From Pseudomonadota bacterium (lineage in GTDB: Bacteria; Pseudomonadota; Alphaproteobacteria; Sphingomonadales; SMXR01): a DNA stretch of 64,000 bases. The notes beneath the pieces are model-generated. The model did not search any database, had not been told where the DNA came from, and saw nothing but the letters and a program-made list of their open reading frames with translations. Below are positions 29,461 through 37,791 of this stretch, one piece after another (within the stretch, counting starts at the first letter, position 1; each line of letters opens with the position of its first letter). The position numbers and the translations under genes were made by a program. The stretch is taken from assembly GCA_022566215.1 (NCBI GenBank), contig JADFJJ010000004.1, positions 283 to 64,282 of the forward strand. Direction: 5' to 3'.

Positions 29461-30312
29461 ATGAATTTTGCCGCCATAGATTTTGAAACCGCCAACTCAA
29501 AGCGAACCAGTATTTGTCAGGTTGGTCTTGCTATTTTTCAAAACGGAAAACTTAAGGAGCAATGGACCTCGTTGGTAAACCCTAAAGATTATTTTGAACC
29601 GATGAATATCTCAATTCATGGAATTGAGGAATCTGATGTGAAAAAAGCCCCTCTTTTCCCTAAAATTTATGAAGGTATTAAGGCAAGAACCAAAAATTTA
29701 GTAGTCGTGAGTCACACAACTTTTGACCTTGTCGCTTTGGAACAAGCTGTAAAATTACATAAATTGAAAGAGTTTGAATGTGATTGGTTAGATACTGCGA
29801 GCGTAGCAAGAAGGGCATGGAAAGAATTTTCCCAAACTGGTTATGGTTTAGGAAATTTAGCTTCTGAATTTGGATTTAAGTTTAATCACCACGATGCGGG
29901 TGAAGACGCCCGCGTGTGTGGCGAAATTCTAGTTAAAGCAATTAAAGACACCGGTATAAATCTCGAAGATTGGCTTGAAAGGGTACAAAAACCAATATCC
30001 CCTAGCTCTTCCTATGTCTCTCTTGAAGGAAATATACAAGGTCCGCTTCTTGGCGAAGTTGTTGTTTTTACAGGGGCGCTATCTATGTCAAGAAGAGAAG
30101 CTGCAGAAATGGCTGCTCAGGTGGGATGTGATGTAAAATCCAAGGTTACTAAAAAAACCACTCTTTTGATTTTGGGGGATCAGGACATCTCTAAACTCCA
30201 GGGCCATACTAAGAGTTCTAAACATAGAAAAGCCGAGGAATTGATTTCAAAGGGACATCAAATAAGAATTATTGGGGAAACTGACTTCATCGCCCTAACA
30301 AAGTTATATTAG
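29461..30312 (+). CDS. DEDDh 3'-5' exonuclease (DnaQ/RNase T-like) fused to a C-terminal BRCT domain
   Basis: ExoI AAIDFETAN, ExoII VVSHTTFDLVAL and ExoIII HHDAGEDARVCGEI. The C-terminal VVFTGALSMSRREAAEMAAQVGCDVKSKVTKKTTLLILGD is BRCT-like. GAGGG RBS upstream. Confidence 0.8.
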   Translation: MNFAAIDFETANSKRTSICQVGLAIFQNGKLKEQWTSLVNPKDYFEPMNISIHGIEESDVKKAPLFPKIYEGIKARTKNLVVVSHTTFDLVALEQAVKLHKLKEFECDWLDTASVARRAWKEFSQTGYGLGNLASEFGFKFNHHDAGEDARVCGEILVKAIKDTGINLEDWLERVQKPISPSSSYVSLEGNIQGPLLGEVVVFTGALSMSRREAAEMAAQVGCDVKSKVTKKTTLLILGDQDISKLQGHTKSSKHRKAEELISKGHQIRIIGETDFIALTKLY

Positions 30313-30324
30313 GCGTTTCTGCTT

Positions 30325-30337
30325 TGGATTTATTTGA
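30325..30337. repeat. right copy of the 13-bp direct repeat TGGATTTATTTGA
   Basis: Exact match to 28557-28569. In the corresponding frame it reads LDLFDIKAKA*, a plausible displaced native radA tail. Confidence 0.85.
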
Positions 30338-30382
30338 TATAAAGGCGAAGGCCTGAAAAATGAGGAGATGTGAGGATAAAAT

Positions 30383-31054
30383 ATGTTTGGTTTGAACGTC
30401 TTTGACATAATCTTGAGCATTGTGATGATTGTCTCGACCCTGGGGGGATTTTCCAAGGGGTTTACCACCGAAGTTCTGAAAGTCGTGGCCTGGGCCGGGG
30501 CGATCTTTTTGACCATCATCGCCCTGCCGATCTCAACCAGCTTCATGGCGGATTACATCTCCTCGCTTTTTCTGGCCAAGCTGGTGGGGATGGCCGTCAT
30601 CTTTGTGGTCAGTTTCTTTTTTCTCAATTTTCTCGCCAAGTTTGTCGGCGGGCGCATCCGCTCTTCCTTTATCGCCCCGATCGACCGGGGACTGGGGGCG
30701 CTGTTCGGATTCGCCCGCGGGGCGCTGATCCTGTCCGCGGTCTATCTGATGTACAGCTACCTGGCGGCCGAGAAGGACCAGCCCGCCTGGCTGATGGAAG
30801 CGCGCTTCCAGCCGCTGCTGGCTGACGGCGCCGCGGCCCTGAAGGCGATTACCCCGGAGCTGTTCGCACGCGCCGGGGAAATCACCGATGAGGCGCTGGC
30901 TGTGGATACCGATACGATCCTCCAGAATATGAAAACCAATATGCCGGACCCCGGCGGGGTCAAGGATGCGGTGGTGGATTATACCCTTGAACACCGCGAT
31001 GAACTGGAGGATTTGATCGAAGAAGTTGGCGGCGGAGAGGACCAGGAGGGGTGA
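30383..31054 (+). CDS. cvpA: CvpA family membrane protein (colicin V production protein homolog)
   Basis: 223 aa with 4 predicted TM helices at the N-terminus. Classic position immediately upstream of purF. Confidence 0.85.
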   Translation: MFGLNVFDIILSIVMIVSTLGGFSKGFTTEVLKVVAWAGAIFLTIIALPISTSFMADYISSLFLAKLVGMAVIFVVSFFFLNFLAKFVGGRIRSSFIAPIDRGLGALFGFARGALILSAVYLMYSYLAAEKDQPAWLMEARFQPLLADGAAALKAITPELFARAGEITDEALAVDTDTILQNMKTNMPDPGGVKDAVVDYTLEHRDELEDLIEEVGGGEDQEG

Positions 31055-31145
31055 TTATTTGCTTTCCTTTTGGCGGGAAACTGGTAGAAGGCGGGGCAAC
31101 AACCCTGTCCTACAGGAAAAGAGGCGTGCTGAGCCGCGATCATTG

Positions 31146-32627
31146 ATGACCGAGCGTTTAGATAAAGCCCTGCCCAGGCACCCTTTTGATGACGACAAAT
31201 TACGCGAAGAATGTGGTGTATTCGGGATTTTCGGCTCCAAGGATGCCGCCCCGCATACTGCGCTTGGCCTTCATGCCCTGCAGCACCGGGGGCAGGAATC
31301 GGCTGGTATTCTGTCCTTTGACGGCCAGACCTTCCACATCCACCGGGCGCTCGGCCTGGTCGGCGACAACTTTTCAGAAAATTCGGTTATCTCCCGGCTG
31401 AAGGGCCATGCGGCAATCGGCCACGTCCGTTATTCGACCGCCGGGGGAACTATTTTGCGCAATGTCCAGCCGCTGTTCGCCGAATTATCCTCGGGCGGGT
31501 TCGGGATTTGCCACAATGGCAACCTGACCAACGCCGGGCTGCTGCGCAAGCAACTGGTCAAGCGCGGCGCCATTTTCCAGTCGACCTCGGACACCGAGGT
31601 GATTATCCACCTGATGGCGACCTCCAGCTATTCGACCTTCCTGGACCGCTTCATTGACGCCCTCAGGCAGCTTGAAGGCGCCTATTCGCTGGTCGCCATA
31701 ACCCCCAAAGGCCTGATCGGGGTGCGTGATCCCTTAGGGGTCAGGCCGCTGGTGCTGGGGCAGCTGGAAGACGGGGTGCAGATCCTGTCGTCGGAGACCT
31801 GTGCGCTGGATATTATCGGCGCCAAGTACGTCCGTGACGTCCAGCCCGGCGAGATTGTCAACATCACCCGCAAGGGCATCACCTCGATGAGCCCGTTCCC
31901 GCGCCTGAAACCCCGGCCGTGCATTTTCGAACATGTTTATTTCTCCCGCCCCGACAGTTTTGTCGACCAGAAGAACGTCTATGGGGTCAGGAAGCGAATC
32001 GGCGCGGAACTGGCGGCGGAAGCCCCGGCCAAGGCCGACCTGGTTGTCGCGGTTCCCGATTCGGGAAACCCGGCGGCGATCGGTTATGCCCAGGCGGCAA
32101 AGCTGCCGTTTGAAATGGGAATTATCCGCAACCACTACGTAGGCCGCACCTTTATCGAACCGACCGACCATATCCGCCACCTCGGGGTCAAGCTGAAGCA
32201 CAACGCCAATGCTGGCCAACTTAAGGGCAAATCGGTGATTCTGGTCGATGACAGCATTGTCCGCGGCACCACCTCGGTCAAGATTATCGATATGGTGCGC
32301 AACGCCGGGGCCAAGGAGGTGCACATGCGCATCGCCTCGCCGGCGATCACCCACTCGTGCTTTTACGGGGTCGATACCCCGAACCGTGAGGAATTGCTGG
32401 CCTCGCGCATGGATGTCGACAAGATGGCCGGATACATCGGTGCCGACAGCCTGGCTTTTGTTTCCATGGACGGGCTGTACCGGGCGGTGGTCGGGGATGC
32501 GCGAAACAACGCCAGCCCGCAGTATTGCGACGCCTGTTTCTCGGGCGAATATCCGACCTCCCTGAGCGATCTGGCGGAAGGCGACGAACCCCGTCAGCTT
32601 TCCCTTATTTCAATTAAAATTCAATAA
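31146..32627 (+). CDS. purF: amidophosphoribosyltransferase
   Basis: Ntn-Cys CGVFGIFG after a short propeptide, PRTase loop VILVDDSIVRGTT and a C-terminal Cys cluster (CDACFSGEYP). Start at ATG 31146, not the ORF-track 31026. Confidence 0.95.
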   Translation: MTERLDKALPRHPFDDDKLREECGVFGIFGSKDAAPHTALGLHALQHRGQESAGILSFDGQTFHIHRALGLVGDNFSENSVISRLKGHAAIGHVRYSTAGGTILRNVQPLFAELSSGGFGICHNGNLTNAGLLRKQLVKRGAIFQSTSDTEVIIHLMATSSYSTFLDRFIDALRQLEGAYSLVAITPKGLIGVRDPLGVRPLVLGQLEDGVQILSSETCALDIIGAKYVRDVQPGEIVNITRKGITSMSPFPRLKPRPCIFEHVYFSRPDSFVDQKNVYGVRKRIGAELAAEAPAKADLVVAVPDSGNPAAIGYAQAAKLPFEMGIIRNHYVGRTFIEPTDHIRHLGVKLKHNANAGQLKGKSVILVDDSIVRGTTSVKIIDMVRNAGAKEVHMRIASPAITHSCFYGVDTPNREELLASRMDVDKMAGYIGADSLAFVSMDGLYRAVVGDARNNASPQYCDACFSGEYPTSLSDLAEGDEPRQLSLISIKIQ

Positions 32628-32644
32628 GTTAGCACAGGTTCTTC

Positions 32645-33361
32645 ATGTCTGAAAAAGGTTTTTCTGGACGCCTGGCGCTGGTCACCGGAGCAACCGCCGG
32701 CCTGGGCCGCGCGGTTTCCCTGGCGCTGGCTTCAGCGGGCGCCCATGTGATTGCTGTGGGCCGGAAAAAGCAGGGCCTGGAGGCGCTGGACGACGAAATT
32801 CGGGCGCTCGGCGGCGAAGCCACCCTGGCGCCGCTGGACTTAACCAAAGGCGCTGGCATTGATGAGCTGGGCGGGGTTATATTTGAACGCTGGAAAAAAC
32901 TCGATATCCTGGTCGGAAACGCCGGAATTCTGGGGCCCATGAGCCCGCTTTCACACGTCCCGCCGAAACAGTGGCAGGAAGTAATCGATATCAATCTCAC
33001 CGCCAATTTCCGGCTGATCCGCTCGATGGACACCCTGCTTCGGGCCTCAGAGGCCGGGCGGGCGGTCTTCATCACCTCGAACATCACCCGCGGAAGCCGC
33101 GCTTATTGGGGCCCGTATGCCGCCTCCAAGGCGGCGCTGGAGATGCTGGTGCTGACCTACGCCGCGGAGACCCGGCAAAGCGCCCTTAAAGTCAATCTGG
33201 TCAATCCCGGAGCGATGCGCACCAGCATGCGCGCCAAGGCCTATCCCGGCGAAGACCCCAAGACCCTTGCCACGCCCGAGCAAATTGCCCCGAAAATTCT
33301 GCCCCTGCTGAGGCCGGAATTCGACCAGACCGGGCAGCGTTTCGATGTTGCGGATATGTAA
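32645..33361 (+). CDS. SDR family oxidoreductase
   Basis: LVTGATAGLGRAV and YAASKAALE motifs. Confidence 0.85.
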   Translation: MSEKGFSGRLALVTGATAGLGRAVSLALASAGAHVIAVGRKKQGLEALDDEIRALGGEATLAPLDLTKGAGIDELGGVIFERWKKLDILVGNAGILGPMSPLSHVPPKQWQEVIDINLTANFRLIRSMDTLLRASEAGRAVFITSNITRGSRAYWGPYAASKAALEMLVLTYAAETRQSALKVNLVNPGAMRTSMRAKAYPGEDPKTLATPEQIAPKILPLLRPEFDQTGQRFDVADM

Positions 33362-33368
33362 CCCCGGG

Positions 33369-34715
33369 CTACTTCTTTTTCAGATAAGGGTTCTTTCCCC
33401 CCTTGACCTGCAGCCGCAATGGAATCCCGGGCAGCTTGAAGGTCTGGCGCAGCTCGTTTTCCAAATAGCGCAAATAGCTGGCCGGGATGTCGTCCGGCCG
33501 GTTGGCATACAGCGCAAAGGTCGGCGGCCGGGTCTTTATTTGGGAAATATAACGGATTTTCAGCACCCGGCGGGCCGCCAGCGGCAGCGGATGGCGCTCC
33601 AGGACACCGGCCAGCCAGCGGTTCAAAAGCGAGGTCGGGAGGCGTGTATTCCATATCTCATAGACCCTGAAAACCTCGGGCATCAGGGCTTTTACCCCGT
33701 CCCCCCGGAGCGCCGAAAGATACGCCACATGGACCCCCTTGGCATGGGGAAGCTGACGTTTCACCGTCTCCTTAGCCTTCCGTTTGAAAGCCGCCTTATC
33801 CTTGATCTGGTCCATTTTATTGAACGCCAGGATCAGCGCCCGGCCCTCGTCCAGCACTTCGGAAGCGATCTTGATATCCTGGTGGCTGATCGGGATTTCC
33901 GGATCGCAGATCAGAACCACGACGTGGGCGAAATCAATCGCCCTAAGGGTATCCCCGACCGAAAGGCGTTCCAGCTTGTGCTTGACCCGGGCCTGGCGGC
34001 GCAGCCCGGCGGTATCATAAAGGCACACCGGCTTGCCGCCCCATGACCAGTCAAGCGCGATTGAATCGCGGGTAATTCCCGCCTCAGGCCCGGTCAGCAT
34101 ACGCTGTTCGCCCAGCAGGCGGTTGATCAGGGTTGATTTGCCGGCGTTGGGGCGCCCGACAATCGCCAGCTTCAGGGGACCATCTTCCGGTTCCCGGGCC
34201 TCGGTTTCCTCCGGCTCTTCCGGCAGCAGCTGGGCCAGGCGCTGGATCAGCTCTCCCAGCCCATCGCCGTGTTCGGCGGAAAACGCCACCGGGTCGCCGA
34301 GCCCCAGCTTGAAAGCCTCGTAATAGCCGCCCTCCCCGGCCTTGCCCTCGCATTTGTTGGCGATCACAATCACCGGCACTTGATAGGGGCGGATCCAGCT
34401 GGCGATTTCCTCATCGTGGGGGGTCACCCCGGCCCGGGCGTCTATGACGAAAAGGGCGATATCGGCCTTTTCGCGCAACACCGCCTCGGTGCTTCTTTTC
34501 ATCCTTGTGGTGAGTGAGGTTTTGCCGTCCTCAATGAGCCCGGCGGTATCGACCAGGTCAAATTTCAGGTTGCCAAAGGAGGCCCGGACAACCTTCCAGT
34601 CGCGGGTAACCCCGGGGGTGTCATGAACCAGCGCCAGGCGCCGCCCAGCCAGGCGGTTGAACAATGTGGACTTGCCCACGTTGGGGCGTCCCAGGATGGC
34701 GACAGTGGCTGGCAT
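33369..34715 (-). CDS. der: ribosome-associated GTPase Der (EngA)
   Basis: Two GTPase domains (GRPNVGKSTLFN, GRPNAGKSTLIN) plus a KH-like C-terminus. Confidence 0.95.
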   Translation of the reverse strand: MPATVAILGRPNVGKSTLFNRLAGRRLALVHDTPGVTRDWKVVRASFGNLKFDLVDTAGLIEDGKTSLTTRMKRSTEAVLREKADIALFVIDARAGVTPHDEEIASWIRPYQVPVIVIANKCEGKAGEGGYYEAFKLGLGDPVAFSAEHGDGLGELIQRLAQLLPEEPEETEAREPEDGPLKLAIVGRPNAGKSTLINRLLGEQRMLTGPEAGITRDSIALDWSWGGKPVCLYDTAGLRRQARVKHKLERLSVGDTLRAIDFAHVVVLICDPEIPISHQDIKIASEVLDEGRALILAFNKMDQIKDKAAFKRKAKETVKRQLPHAKGVHVAYLSALRGDGVKALMPEVFRVYEIWNTRLPTSLLNRWLAGVLERHPLPLAARRVLKIRYISQIKTRPPTFALYANRPDDIPASYLRYLENELRQTFKLPGIPLRLQVKGGKNPYLKKK

Positions 34716-34730
34716 AATCGGTCCTCATTA

Positions 34731-36062
34731 TCAGCGGTAAGCGGCCAGTTCGCCCCCATCGGTCAGGACATAAACGGTCCGGTCGGCGACCACGGGCGAA
34801 ATGACGGTCCCACCGGGCAGCTTGATGCCGCTTAAAATCTCACCGGTATAGGGGGACAGGGTCAGCATATAACCGTGGGAAGAGACTACAAAAAGCCGGT
34901 CCCCGGCCAATATCGGCCCGGCCCAGCGGATCAGGTCTTTTCTTTTCTTGTGTTTTTCAAAGCGCTCCAGCTGGGTGATCCAGCGGGCCCGCCCGTCGGC
35001 AATGGAAACGGCGATCACTTCCCCCTCCAGATTCAGGATAAACATATAATCCCCGGCAATCCAGGGCGTGTACAGGGTGCCGATATTGTTTTCCCAGATG
35101 CGGTCGCCGGAGCGCATGTCGACAGCCACCAGGCGTCCTGAATGGTTGCCGGCATAAACCCTTCCGCGGTAGATAACCGGTTGGCCGTCAATATCGTTCA
35201 AGGTCGCCAGAGCGGTCAGACGGCCGGTCCGGCTCAGGGTATCCTGCCAGCTGACCTGGCCGTTCTGGACCCTTAGGGCGTAAAGCTCACCCGAAGAAAA
35301 CGCGGCAATCACGGTATCGCCCTGGACCGCGGCGCTGGCCGAGCCCAGAATTTCAGCGTTTTCAACGATCCCGAAATGCTCCCATTCGATTTCACCAGTG
35401 GCGGCGGTCATGACCACCAGTTGATTATCCTGGGTGTTGACGAACACCCTGCCGCCCGCAGCGGTCGGCGCCCCGCGCAACGGGACCCCAATAGTGGTGC
35501 GCCAGATCTCGGCCCCGGTCCGGGCATCCAGAGCGGCGATAAAGCCGTATCCGGTGGTGGCGAAAATACGTCCGCCCCAATAGGTCACTCCACCGCCATA
35601 GGCGATTTTAGTTTTTTCCTCCTCGCTCTCAAGGCGGGTGCGCCACAGGGACCGGCCATCATCAGTGCTAAAGGCGCTGACCTGGCCCTTGGTGTCCATG
35701 GTATAAACCACGCCTTCCCAGACCACCGGGCCAGCCACCAGTTTTTTGTATTTCTTGGAGCCCTCGCCGATCTTTACTTTCCATGCCAGGGTCAGGCTGT
35801 CCGCCACTGCCGGATGATGCACCAGGTTGGCGGGGTTGCCCCCCGGCTGGCCCCAGTTAGGGTTGACATAGGGAATGGGCAGGGAAATGGGCAGGCTGGC
35901 GGTGGCCTCGTCGATTGCGATATCACCCTCGGTGGTGATGATCGCGATGCGTTCCCCCTTGATCCGGCCCAGGTTCTTATCCTTGCCGCACGACGCCAGC
36001 GTCACTGCCAGCACCAGCGCCAACATCACTGCGAAGCGATTTTTATGTCCGGAAATTATCAT
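34731..36062 (-). CDS. bamB: outer-membrane assembly lipoprotein BamB-like (PQQ-like beta-propeller)
   Basis: Lipobox LASCGK and repeated beta-propeller blades. Conserved yfgM-bamB-der order. Confidence 0.8.
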   Translation of the reverse strand: MIISGHKNRFAVMLALVLAVTLASCGKDKNLGRIKGERIAIITTEGDIAIDEATASLPISLPIPYVNPNWGQPGGNPANLVHHPAVADSLTLAWKVKIGEGSKKYKKLVAGPVVWEGVVYTMDTKGQVSAFSTDDGRSLWRTRLESEEEKTKIAYGGGVTYWGGRIFATTGYGFIAALDARTGAEIWRTTIGVPLRGAPTAAGGRVFVNTQDNQLVVMTAATGEIEWEHFGIVENAEILGSASAAVQGDTVIAAFSSGELYALRVQNGQVSWQDTLSRTGRLTALATLNDIDGQPVIYRGRVYAGNHSGRLVAVDMRSGDRIWENNIGTLYTPWIAGDYMFILNLEGEVIAVSIADGRARWITQLERFEKHKKRKDLIRWAGPILAGDRLFVVSSHGYMLTLSPYTGEILSGIKLPGGTVISPVVADRTVYVLTDGGELAAYR

Positions 36063-36102
36063 CTTTTTAAACCTTCCCTTGCCGGGTTTTCTTAAGTTTG
36101 GT

Positions 36103-36846
36103 TTATTTCGTATCGGGCTCTACCCCGTCTGCCACAATTTCTTCTCCATCCGCAAGGGGATTAGTGCTCCCCCTGGCTTCAAACAAATCTTCGACCGGCT
36201 TGGCGTTCTCGATCATTTCCAGAAACTCCTGGGCCCGGTTGCGCAAATCAGGCGGCGCCCGGGTGTCCAGGGTCAGGGCGACGAAGATGTCTTCGGCCTG
36301 CTGCCAGCTTCCTTCCCGGAAATAGGACAGCCCGAGCATTTCCCGGGCTGAATATTGCCAGGCGCCCCCTTCTTCCGCCAGCACCAGGAGACGGTCATAA
36401 ATCTCCCCGCCGGCATTCTGGTCGAGCAGGATAGCCGCCGCCATGAGGCTGGCAAAATCCCGGAAACGGTCTTCCAGATCTCCATCGGCGGCGATCGCGT
36501 CGTAAGCGGCAAGGGCCTCTTCGGCCCGCCCCTGGGCGGCGTAGCTGGAGGCCGCCTGGAGACGCGCCAGCAGGCCGTAACCGTATTTTGCTTCGCCAAT
36601 CAGGGCCTCAAAGCCAGTCATCGCCGCGTCCCGGTCGCCAGCGGCTAGCGCGGTCATGGCTTGCTGGTACTGTTCGCTTTCCGCTATGCGCTGGGTGGTA
36701 ACATACTCGTCCCAGTACACCCGGCCGCCCATGGCGCCGATAAACAGCACGATCCCGCCGACCACAAAGGGGCCGTATTTTTTCCCCAATCGCTTCAGTT
36801 TATCGTGGCGGAGTTCCTCGTCCACTTCTGAAAAAGCGTCTATCAC
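36103..36846 (-). CDS. membrane-anchored TPR-like protein (YfgM-like)
   Basis: 247 aa with a single N-terminal TM (PFVVGGIVLFIGAMGG) and a helical-repeat body. Located upstream of bamB. Confidence 0.6.
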   Translation of the reverse strand: MIDAFSEVDEELRHDKLKRLGKKYGPFVVGGIVLFIGAMGGRVYWDEYVTTQRIAESEQYQQAMTALAAGDRDAAMTGFEALIGEAKYGYGLLARLQAASSYAAQGRAEEALAAYDAIAADGDLEDRFRDFASLMAAAILLDQNAGGEIYDRLLVLAEEGGAWQYSAREMLGLSYFREGSWQQAEDIFVALTLDTRAPPDLRNRAQEFLEMIENAKPVEDLFEARGSTNPLADGEEIVADGVEPDTK

Positions 36847-36942
36847 TACTGTCTCCTCGTGTATTCCGGGCCTGATCGCGGCATACCATACTCAAAGCCC
36901 GATCAAACCGCAAACATTTAGCATTGCCATGGGAATAAATTT

Positions 36943-37791
36943 TTATTTGTCCGAATAGGTGTGCTCAAGCCCCGGAAACCGCCTTGATTTGACATCTTCA
37001 GCGTAGCATTTCAGGGCCGTTTCGATCGCCTGGTTCAAATCGGCGTATTGCTTGACGAATTTCGGGGTTCTCGGGGACAGCCCGAGCAGATCCTCGGTTA
37101 CCAGCACCTGGCCGTCACAGGCGGCGGACGCGCCGATGCCGATCGTGACATTGCCGACCGCTTTGGTAATTTCCCTCGCCAGCGGCTCCGGCACCCCTTC
37201 AATCACGGTTGAAAAGACCCCGGCCCGATCCAGCGCCCTGGCGTCCCTCAACACCTGGCCGCGGCCCTTTCCCTTGCCCTGAACCTTGAAGCCGCCCATG
37301 GCGTGATAAGCCTGCGGGGTCAGGCCGATGTGGCCCATCACCGGAATTCCATGCTTGACCAGGTGCGCGGCGGTCTCCGCCATCTGTTCCCCGCCTTCCA
37401 GCTTGACCGCCTGGACGCCGGTTTTTTTCATCACCCGGGCGGCGTTCCTGAAGGCCTGTTCCGGGCCCTCTTCGTAAGAGCCAAACGGCATGTCGAAAAC
37501 ACACAGCGCCCGGCAAGAGGCATCGACCACCGCCCTGGCATGGCCGATCATGGTGAACAGCGGCATCGCCAGGGTGGTCTCCAGCCCGTACAGCACCATC
37601 CCCATGGAATCGCCGATGATGATGATATCGGCAACCTGGTCGACCAGGCGCGCCATCGGCGCGGTATAGGCGGTCAACGAGACCAGCGGCTCAGCCCCCT
37701 TGCGTTTGAGAATATCGGGGGCCTCAAGGCGCTTCCCTGTAGACTTTTTACCTGCGGATGAATAAGGGCTCGACATGCTATTCCCACTCAT
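36943..37791 (-). CDS. panB: 3-methyl-2-oxobutanoate hydroxymethyltransferase
   Basis: PanB-like throughout (IIIGDSMGMVLYG, VKLEGG). Start is ambiguous: ATG 37791 overlaps the guaA stop (TAATG), and ATG 37776 is an alternative. Confidence 0.88.
   Translation of the reverse strand: MSGNSMSSPYSSAGKKSTGKRLEAPDILKRKGAEPLVSLTAYTAPMARLVDQVADIIIIGDSMGMVLYGLETTLAMPLFTMIGHARAVVDASCRALCVFDMPFGSYEEGPEQAFRNAARVMKKTGVQAVKLEGGEQMAETAAHLVKHGIPVMGHIGLTPQAYHAMGGFKVQGKGKGRGQVLRDARALDRAGVFSTVIEGVPEPLAREITKAVGNVTIGIGASAACDGQVLVTEDLLGLSPRTPKFVKQYADLNQAIETALKCYAEDVKSRRFPGLEHTYSDK

Larger units (their letters stand above)
28557..30337 (+). mobile_element. candidate integrated mini-island (no recombinase gene) at the radA 3' end
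   Basis: Flanked by 13-bp perfect direct repeats. Hand-counted GC is about 35-40% inside versus about 72% in adjacent radA (60-nt samples). It interrupts the radA/cvpA-purF housekeeping run. Confidence 0.55.

Noticed and set aside
30290-30324. Short imperfect palindrome GCCCTAAC-AAAGTTAT-ATTAGGCG at the end of the exonuclease gene, considered as an integron attC-like site
   Set aside because: It is only about 24 bp, does not fit the RYYYAAC/GTTRRRY cores well, and no integron integrase or attI is present.
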